From Thermococcus kodakarensis KOD1 (GTDB lineage Archaea; Methanobacteriota_B; Thermococci; Thermococcales; Thermococcaceae), in assembly GCF_000009965.1 (NCBI RefSeq), contig NC_006624.1, positions 540,001 to 572,000 of the forward strand: a stretch of 32,000 nt of DNA. Direction: 5' to 3'. The notes beneath the pieces are model-generated. The model was not told the origin of the DNA, ran no database searches, and saw only the letters and a list, made by a program, of their open reading frames with translations. How positions within the stretch are numbered: the first letter of the stretch is position 1; each line of letters starts with the position of its first letter. Position numbers and translations under genes: made by a program. Below are positions 18,822 to 25,415 of the stretch, one piece after another.

Positions 18822-18879
18822 GGCCTCAGCGATAGCTGGTGTCCTCACCGCTCGGACCCGAAGCCACTCATCACGGGCC
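18822..18879 (-). ncRNA. C/D box sRNA candidate (2'-O-methylation guide)
   Basis: Minus strand reads GGCC-C-GTGATGA(C)-GTGGCTTCGGGT(12 nt)-CCGA(D')-GCG-GTGAGGA(C')-CACCAGCTATCG(12 nt)-CTGA(D)-GGCC. Both spacers are exactly 12 nt, and the terminal GGCC/GGCC can pair as a 4-bp stem. The C box contains the stop codon of the upstream ORF. Confidence 0.55.
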
Positions 18880-19329
18880 TCTTCTCCGGATGAACTCCCT
18901 GGACTCAACCACTCTGCCATTTTCAATGCGGTACAGCTTTATAACCTCTGCCCCAAGGGTCTCCCTGCGGTAGGCGAGGAGGTAGTCTATGAAGTTCCGT
19001 ATCTGATAGCGGGTTATTGAGTCCCCGACGTATTTGGGCTCATAGAGAAGAATGAGCTTGTCCCGATTTTCTTCCAGCCAACCGTAAAGCTTTTTCCGTT
19101 CTTCTTTCGAGCGAGAGAGCGGGTTTAATATTAGATACGCATCAAAGCCTGGATTCTCAAGGGGGTCGCCGATGAAGACATCTCCATCAACAACGAACGG
19201 AAGTCCTTCCGCCAGAATTTTGTATCCCTCTCTAGCCCACTCATTGATGAATATCCTCGCTATTCTCCGAGGGCTTCCCGTCATCAGGATTCTCCCCGAT
19301 TTAAGATAAACGAGATCACTCAGCTTCAT
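18871..19329 (-). CDS. Hypothetical protein (152 aa)
   Basis: Protein-like composition and ATG start; I recognise no motif. ILMTGSPRRIARIF faintly resembles a degenerate P-loop context, but no Walker A motif is present. Confidence 0.55.
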   Translation of the reverse strand: MKLSDLVYLKSGRILMTGSPRRIARIFINEWAREGYKILAEGLPFVVDGDVFIGDPLENPGFDAYLILNPLSRSKEERKKLYGWLEENRDKLILLYEPKYVGDSITRYQIRNFIDYLLAYRRETLGAEVIKLYRIENGRVVESREFIRRRGP

Positions 19330-19456
19330 TCCAATCGGGAGTTACTCCTTGAACATAGTTAAAAAGGTTTTCTAGCACATAAAATATATTCTAAAAACGC
19401 TTCAAGTTATTGGAAAATCGTCAAGAATCTTTCAGAATACCTTAACAGACCACAAA

Positions 19457-19467
19457 CTATATATTTC
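19457..19467 (+). promoter_or_regulatory. TATA-like element (ACTATATATTT) of the BMP/ABC operon
   Basis: A/T box about 46 nt upstream of ATG 19513. AGGGGTG SD at about 19500. Confidence 0.45.
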
Positions 19468-19512
19468 CCCCTAGACCCACACCATAATGACAAACCTTTC
19501 AGGGGTGTTCCC

Positions 19513-20805
19513 ATGAAGAAAGCTGTCTTTGCCCTGTTGTTGATAGGGCTTGTGGGATTCAGCGTAGTGGCCAGCGGCTGTATCGGCGGTGGCGGAGGCG
19601 GATCCGAGAAGATAAAGATTCTGTACACGTACACGGGGTCCTTTGGAGACGCGGCCAAGGGTAAGCAAGCGACTCAAGCACAGCTCCAGCAGGGGGCCTG
19701 GGTGATCTACCAGGTTGCTGGAGGAACGGGTCTGGGCGTTTTTGAAGCCATTAACGATTATCTCAAGGCTAACAACAAGAAGATGGGTCCCCCGTTCGCT
19801 ATTGGTGTTGATTCAGCCCAGGATTGGATCAAACCCGGTGCAATAATAGCAAGCATGATGAAGCGCGTTGATGTCGGTGTTTACAACGCCGTCAAACAGG
19901 CAGAAGAAAACAAGTTCGAGGGTGGCGTCGTTGAGCTCGGTCTCAAGGAGGGTGGCGTTAAGCTCTCCACAATAGACGATGTAAAGGCCATGTTCAATGC
20001 CCTCCCCGAAGACACCAAGAAGAAGAAGCTCCAGGAACTTGGCTTCAACAGCGAAGATGAGCTCTTCCAGTTCCTTGAGGAGACGAGAAACCAAGTTCCC
20101 GACTGGATATGGCAGGCCGTTGATGAGCTTCAGAACAAGATAATAAACGGGGAGATAGTTGTCCCCAAGGCCACAAGTAAGGACCAGATAGAGCAGCTCA
20201 GGAACGCCGAGGACTGGGCGGCTATGGAGAACCTCGCCAAGGAATGGGCAAAGAACGAGCCCAAGGCACAGACCTACTTCAACGAGACCCTCAACCAGAG
20301 GGAGAACACCAAGAAGATAGCGATCGTTTATGATGTTGGTGGCAGGGGTGACCTGAGCTTTAACGACATGGCCTACCTGGGCGCCTCAAGGGCCGCAAAG
20401 GACTTCGGACTTCAGATTACTGAGCTCCAGAGCAACAGCGAGAACGACTACCTCCCCAACCTCAGGAGCCTTGCCAAGAGCGGTGAGTACGACATAATCA
20501 TCGCAGTCGGCTTCATGATGACCAACGCCGTAAAGCAGGTCGCTCAGGAGTACCCGAACCAGAGGTTCGTCATTATAGACGGCTACGATCCAGAAATGCC
20601 ACACAACGTCCAGATGGTTCTGTTTAAGGAGAACGAGGGATCTGCCCTTGCGGGGGCTCTGGCTTCGCTCATAGCCCTCAACGACGGCAAAGATACCATC
20701 GGAATAGTCCTCGGCATGGAGATTCCGGTCCTCTACAAGTTCGAGGGAGGCTACCGCTTCGGTGCTTACTGGGGACTTGACTACTACGAGAACCACAAGA
20801 AGTGA
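19513..20805 (+). CDS. BMP/PnrA-family ABC transporter substrate-binding lipoprotein (nucleoside-type) with apparently circularly permuted domain order
   Basis: Signal peptide plus lipobox-like VVASGC, then a Gly6 linker. Family motifs are present but in swapped order: YTGSFGD..KGK, QVAGGTGLGV, IGVDSAQD and SMMKRVD come first. KKIAIVYDVGGRGDLSFND, FVIIDGY, ENEGSALAG and LGMEIP..FEGGYRFG come last. Confidence 0.85.
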   Translation: MKKAVFALLLIGLVGFSVVASGCIGGGGGGSEKIKILYTYTGSFGDAAKGKQATQAQLQQGAWVIYQVAGGTGLGVFEAINDYLKANNKKMGPPFAIGVDSAQDWIKPGAIIASMMKRVDVGVYNAVKQAEENKFEGGVVELGLKEGGVKLSTIDDVKAMFNALPEDTKKKKLQELGFNSEDELFQFLEETRNQVPDWIWQAVDELQNKIINGEIVVPKATSKDQIEQLRNAEDWAAMENLAKEWAKNEPKAQTYFNETLNQRENTKKIAIVYDVGGRGDLSFNDMAYLGASRAAKDFGLQITELQSNSENDYLPNLRSLAKSGEYDIIIAVGFMMTNAVKQVAQEYPNQRFVIIDGYDPEMPHNVQMVLFKENEGSALAGALASLIALNDGKDTIGIVLGMEIPVLYKFEGGYRFGAYWGLDYYENHKK

Positions 20806-20844
20806 ACCCTTTTCTTTTTCTCTTTCCTTGGTGGGGGTGATAGC

Positions 20845-22371
20845 ATGGAAGAAAAAACGCCGATACTTGAGATGAGGGACATCGTCAAGGTTTATCCCGA
20901 CGGCACTAAAGCCCTTCACGGGGTTACCGTTCAGGTTTATGAGGGCGAGATACTTGGTCTCCTCGGTGAGAACGGTGCTGGAAAAACGACTCTTATGAAG
21001 ATCCTCTTTGGAATGCTCAAACCAACAAATGGTAAAATCTTTCTCAGGGGGAAAGAGGTTCGGTTTAAAAGCCCCGCCGACGCCATAGCGAACGGTATCG
21101 GCATGGTTCACCAGCATTTCACGCTCGTTGATGTTTTTACGGCCCTAGAGAACATTATCCTAGGTATGGAGGGTCACGGCTTATTCTCCAAGATAGACCT
21201 AGAAAAAGCGCGTGGAGAGATCAAGGCCCTCATGGACGAGCTGAACTTTCAGGTCCCCCTCGATGTCCCAGTGGAGAACCTCCCCGTCGGCGTTCAGCAG
21301 AGGGTCGAGATACTGAAGATGCTCTACCGAAACGTGGACATACTGATCCTCGACGAGCCCACGGCTGTTCTAACGCCAATAGAGGTCAAGGAGCTCTTCG
21401 CTGTTCTAAGGAAGCTAAAGGCCCAGGGCAAGACTATAATCTTCATCAGCCACAAGCTCAATGAGGTCATGGAGATAACGGACCGCGTCACAGTTATAAG
21501 AAAGGGCAAGGTGATCGGGACTGTTAAGACGAGCGAGGCAACTCCTCAGCTTCTAGCGAGAATGATGGTCGGCAGGGACGTAGTCCTTAGAATACAAAAG
21601 CCTCCAAAGGAGCCTGGAAACACGGTTCTTAAAGTTGAGAACCTGTGGGTCAAGGGCGATCGCGGAGAGGAAGCCGTAAGGGGAGTTTCCTTTGAGGTCA
21701 GAGCGGGGGAGATATTTGGAATAGCGGGTGTTGAAGGCAACGGTCAGAGCGAACTGATAGAGGCCATATCTGGCCTTAGGAGAGTCGAAAAGGGTAGGAT
21801 ATACCTCAATGGAGTCGACATAACCGGCAAAAGTCCCAGGGATCTCTACGACATGGGTTTTGCACACATACCGGAGGATAGAACCCACATGGGGCTCGTA
21901 ATCGAGATGAGCGTAATGGAGAACTCGATTCTCGGAATGCACTGGAGAAAGGAGTTCTCACGTGGCTTTGGGCTTATAGACTGGGGCAGGGTCAAGAAAC
22001 ACGCTAGTGAGCTTATAGAGGAGTTTGAGATAAGTGCCCCTGGTGTGAATGCACCAGCGAAGAGCTTAAGCGGTGGAAACCAGCAGAAACTCATCGTTGC
22101 CAGAGAAGTCAGCAAAAAGCCAGAGTTTATAATCGCGGCACAGCCTACAAGAGGCGTTGATGTGGCTTCAACCGAGTACATCAGGAACTACCTCGTGAAG
22201 CTCAGAAACGAGAACAAGGCGGTTCTCCTCGTCTCGGCTGATCTCGACGAGGTTCTCCAGCTGAGCGACAGGATGGCAATCATGTACGAGGGGCAATTTA
22301 TGGGGGTTGTTAAGCCCGAGGAAGTTACCGAGGAGCAGATCGGCCTTATGATGGGAGGTGTGAAAGCATGA
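20845..22371 (+). CDS. ABC transporter ATP-binding protein with duplicated ATPase domains (CUT2/RbsA-NupO type)
   Basis: Walker A GENGAGKTT and Walker B ILILDEPT. The second cassette has GVEGNGQSE, signature LSGGNQQK and IAAQPTRGVD. Confidence 0.9.
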   Translation: MEEKTPILEMRDIVKVYPDGTKALHGVTVQVYEGEILGLLGENGAGKTTLMKILFGMLKPTNGKIFLRGKEVRFKSPADAIANGIGMVHQHFTLVDVFTALENIILGMEGHGLFSKIDLEKARGEIKALMDELNFQVPLDVPVENLPVGVQQRVEILKMLYRNVDILILDEPTAVLTPIEVKELFAVLRKLKAQGKTIIFISHKLNEVMEITDRVTVIRKGKVIGTVKTSEATPQLLARMMVGRDVVLRIQKPPKEPGNTVLKVENLWVKGDRGEEAVRGVSFEVRAGEIFGIAGVEGNGQSELIEAISGLRRVEKGRIYLNGVDITGKSPRDLYDMGFAHIPEDRTHMGLVIEMSVMENSILGMHWRKEFSRGFGLIDWGRVKKHASELIEEFEISAPGVNAPAKSLSGGNQQKLIVAREVSKKPEFIIAAQPTRGVDVASTEYIRNYLVKLRNENKAVLLVSADLDEVLQLSDRMAIMYEGQFMGVVKPEEVTEEQIGLMMGGVKA

Positions 22372-23402
22372 ACGTCAAAGGGTACTGGAAGCCCCTGGCA
22401 GAGAGTATCCTGGCAATCCTGATAGGGGCAGTGATAGGGGCCATAGTCCTCTGGCTAAGCGGATACAGCGCCAGTTCTGCGTACTACTGGCTTATAGTTG
22501 GCTCCCTCGGTTCTCTCGACGGCATAGCCGAAACCCTGGCAAAGTCCGCCCCGATAATGCTCACGGCCATAACGTTCGCGCTGGGCGCAAGAACGGGTCT
22601 TTTCAACATCGGTGCAGAGGGATCCGTTTACTTTGGGGCAATCGCTGCGATAATAACAACGCAGTACATTCCCAACCCACTCATTGGGCTCCTGGCGGGT
22701 CTGATAGTCGGCGCGCTCTGGCTCCTCCCTGCCGCGATCCTCAAGGTTTATCGGGGGGTCCACGAGGTCATATCGACAATAATGCTCAACTGGATAGCCC
22801 TCTATCTCGTCAGCTGGCTGGCTGTAAGCGTCTACTACAATCCGAGGGATCCGAACAGTACCCTCTCGATTCCCCCGAGCGCTAGGCTCCCGCTCTTAAT
22901 GGAGGGCACGAGCCTTTCCCTCGCCTTCATAATAGCCGTATTCACCGCTATCATTGTGTATGTGATAATGTGGCACATGAAGCTGGGCTACGAACTCAGG
23001 GTAAGCGGACAGAACCCGAGGGCCGCCGAATACGGCGGAATCAGTCCAAAGAAGGCTACGATATGGTCTTTCCTGCTCGGGGGTATGACCGCGGGTCTGG
23101 CAGGGGCCGGGATTGTGATGGGAACACCTCCGAGCTACGCTATAACCCAGGGATTGGCCAACATCCAGAACTACGGCTTTGATGGAATAGGCGTGGCCCT
23201 CGTGGGCAGGAATCATCCACTTGGGATAATATTCTCTGGAATCCTCTTCGGTGCATTGAGCGCCGGAGCGACCGCAATGCAGCAGCATGCCCACGTTCCA
23301 CTCGAGATGATCAAGGTCATTGAGGGAATAATCATCATTGCCGTGGCGGTTCCTGGTCTCTACGACCTGACAACCAGGTGGTTCCGGAGGGAGAGGGCAT
23401 GA
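22368..23402 (+). CDS. ABC transporter permease (first of two)
   Basis: 344 aa polytopic membrane protein. ATGA overlap with the ATPase gene stop. Confidence 0.85.
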   Translation: MNVKGYWKPLAESILAILIGAVIGAIVLWLSGYSASSAYYWLIVGSLGSLDGIAETLAKSAPIMLTAITFALGARTGLFNIGAEGSVYFGAIAAIITTQYIPNPLIGLLAGLIVGALWLLPAAILKVYRGVHEVISTIMLNWIALYLVSWLAVSVYYNPRDPNSTLSIPPSARLPLLMEGTSLSLAFIIAVFTAIIVYVIMWHMKLGYELRVSGQNPRAAEYGGISPKKATIWSFLLGGMTAGLAGAGIVMGTPPSYAITQGLANIQNYGFDGIGVALVGRNHPLGIIFSGILFGALSAGATAMQQHAHVPLEMIKVIEGIIIIAVAVPGLYDLTTRWFRRERA

Positions 23403-24310
23403 ACGAGACGATGATAATAAGCCTCGTCCTTGGTTCCCTCTCAGCAATGGTTCCAATAGCACTGGTCAGCATAGGGGCGACGATAAGCGAGAGGGCTGGC
23501 GTGGTCAACATCGGATACGAGGGAATCCTGATGTTCTCGGCCTTCTTTGGAACGATGATAGCCGAGTGGGCCGGCAATGGATGGGTTGGACTCCTGGGAG
23601 GAGCGCTGGTTGGACTCCTCCTCGGTGCACTACATGGTTTCCTGACGGTCTACCTTAAGGGTGACCATGTCATTCCTGGAATCGGCCTGAACCTCTTAGG
23701 CTACGGTAGCGTGGCCTTCGGAATAATGGCCTATTGGGGAACGGCAGGACAGCATCAAGTTCCCGACACAGTCAAGGTCGAGCCGCTCTGGAGGGACGCA
23801 TTCGGCAACTCACTGAGCCCAATGGTGGTGATAACCATAGCAATAGCCATCGTCTCCTGGTGGGTTCTGTTTAAGACCCCCTTTGGGTTGAGGATCCGCT
23901 CCGTTGGAGAGAATCCCGAAGCCGCCGACGCCCTGGGAATAAACGTTGAGCTGTACAGGTTCACAGCGGTTTTAATAGCCTCCGCCTTAGCGGGAGTGGG
24001 GGGAGCCTACCTCAGCGTGGACTGGCTCGGGACGGTTACCAAGAGCATAGCAGCCGGAAGGGGATTCATAGGACTGGCGAACATGGTGTTCAGCAACTGG
24101 AACCCGCTGGTAGCCCTTGGTGGGGCGTTCCTGTTCGGTTTCTTTGACAACCTGTCATTCTACATCCAGAACAATCCCTGGCTTGCTGGAACGATACCGT
24201 GGCAGTTCATAGCGACACTCCCCTACGTGGTTACTCTCCTGGTGGTCGCGGGAATAATAGGAAAGGCAAAACCGCCGAAGGCGGACGGAAAACCGTACAA
24301 GAGGGAGTGA
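23399..24310 (+). CDS. ABC transporter permease (second of two)
   Basis: Polytopic membrane protein. ATG 23399 forms an ATGA overlap with the upstream stop and follows GGAGGGAGAGGG. The track's GTG 23378 is less likely. Confidence 0.85.
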   Translation: MNETMIISLVLGSLSAMVPIALVSIGATISERAGVVNIGYEGILMFSAFFGTMIAEWAGNGWVGLLGGALVGLLLGALHGFLTVYLKGDHVIPGIGLNLLGYGSVAFGIMAYWGTAGQHQVPDTVKVEPLWRDAFGNSLSPMVVITIAIAIVSWWVLFKTPFGLRIRSVGENPEAADALGINVELYRFTAVLIASALAGVGGAYLSVDWLGTVTKSIAAGRGFIGLANMVFSNWNPLVALGGAFLFGFFDNLSFYIQNNPWLAGTIPWQFIATLPYVVTLLVVAGIIGKAKPPKADGKPYKRE

Positions 24311-24316
24311 TGTCCT

Positions 24317-25318
24317 CTACTTTTTCATTATTACCCCAAGGGCAGTTCCGAGCACTATCCCCGTGAGCAGCGAAAGCAGGATGTACCGTTCGGTGTTTGT
24401 TCCCGTTTCTTTTCTGGTTTCCTGGGGTGTTTCTCTGAGGCTTTCACCTTTGAGTGCCTCTATGATGGCAGCTGTATTCTTCACCAGCCACTCCGTGTAG
24501 TTGCCCGAGCTCCAGAAGACCGTTATTCCTGCAAGCGGTTTCTCGCTCTTCTCGGCCAGCTCCATCATGGCCTTCTTCATTTGATCCGGACTGTCGAGGC
24601 CGTACACGAGAATGTCCGCTTCCTTGGCTTTCTCAACGAGCGTGTCAACGCCCTTGGCCGGGACTTCCTCCTCAGGCTTCAGGGCCTCAACAGCCTTAAT
24701 TCCAAGCCACTCAAGGGCGTACTGGTCGGGCGGCATCTGAATGACTGCGGTGGCGTTTGAGTTGATGAGGGCCCTGTACGCCTCAACTATCCCCAGGACT
24801 CTTGCTTTAAACGCCTCAAACTGGAGCCTGTACTCGTTTTCCCTTGCAGGGTCGCTTTGAATCAGCGCTTCCTCTGTTGCCTCCGCTATCGCGATGGCGT
24901 TGTATGGGTCGAGCCAGACGCCGTGTGGGTTGTCCTTCTCGTTGTACCAGTGCTCCTTGAGGTATCTGAAGCCGTATTTTTTGTAGTCGTCCACGAGGAG
25001 TATCTTTCCGGCAATCTCGCCGTTCTCCTTGAGTTCCACCATCCGCTTCTCGACCGGAAGGTGGCCACCGGTGGTCACTATCACACTGGCCCTCTGGACG
25101 AGTTCAACCTGCTCCGCTGTCATCTGGTAGTCGTGGGGGTCGACGCCGGGGGGTATTAGGACCACTACGTCAACCCCAGGGAAGGCCTCCCTGACTATCG
25201 AGCCAAGCGGCCCTATCGTGGCCACTACCAGTGGCTTCTCTCCGCTGGCCGTTGCTGGGGGAAAGAAGAGCCCGCTTAGAGCGATTACAACGGCTACAAT
25301 TAACAGTGCCCTGCGCAT
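24317..25318 (-). CDS. TroA/ZnuA-like (cluster 9) metal-binding protein with a signal peptide and a C-terminal TM anchor
   Basis: N-terminal signal ALLIVAVVIALSGLFFPPATASG. Metal-ligand contexts GVDPHDYQ and NPHGVWLDP. C-terminal hydrophobic helix YILLSLLTGIVLGTALGVIMKK. Confidence 0.75.
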   Translation of the reverse strand: MRRALLIVAVVIALSGLFFPPATASGEKPLVVATIGPLGSIVREAFPGVDVVVLIPPGVDPHDYQMTAEQVELVQRASVIVTTGGHLPVEKRMVELKENGEIAGKILLVDDYKKYGFRYLKEHWYNEKDNPHGVWLDPYNAIAIAEATEEALIQSDPARENEYRLQFEAFKARVLGIVEAYRALINSNATAVIQMPPDQYALEWLGIKAVEALKPEEEVPAKGVDTLVEKAKEADILVYGLDSPDQMKKAMMELAEKSEKPLAGITVFWSSGNYTEWLVKNTAAIIEALKGESLRETPQETRKETGTNTERYILLSLLTGIVLGTALGVIMKK

Positions 25319-25415
25319 GTTAGATCACCCTAATCCACCATAGCGCCCCCCCCTTTAAAAGCCTTCCACAAAAAACATAAAAACTTCAGTTTTTCAATTT
25401 ATACTCGGTGATAAC

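Noticed and set aside
18841-18860. GTCCGAGCGGTGAGG near the left side of the IS resembles GTCCGTCGTGAGG at the right end. I first took it for a terminal repeat or TnpA binding site.
   Set aside because: The sequence lies inside the C/D box sRNA candidate (D', loop and C' boxes), which explains it better. The IS left end is therefore placed downstream of 18822. The similarity is short and may be coincidental.
20806-20844. A T-rich tract (CCCTTTTCTTTTTCTCTTTCC) between the binding-protein gene and the ATPase gene, inside an operon.
   Set aside because: Partial termination after the substrate-binding-protein gene is a common way to over-express the binding protein relative to the membrane components. 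Nothing here is unusual beyond that.
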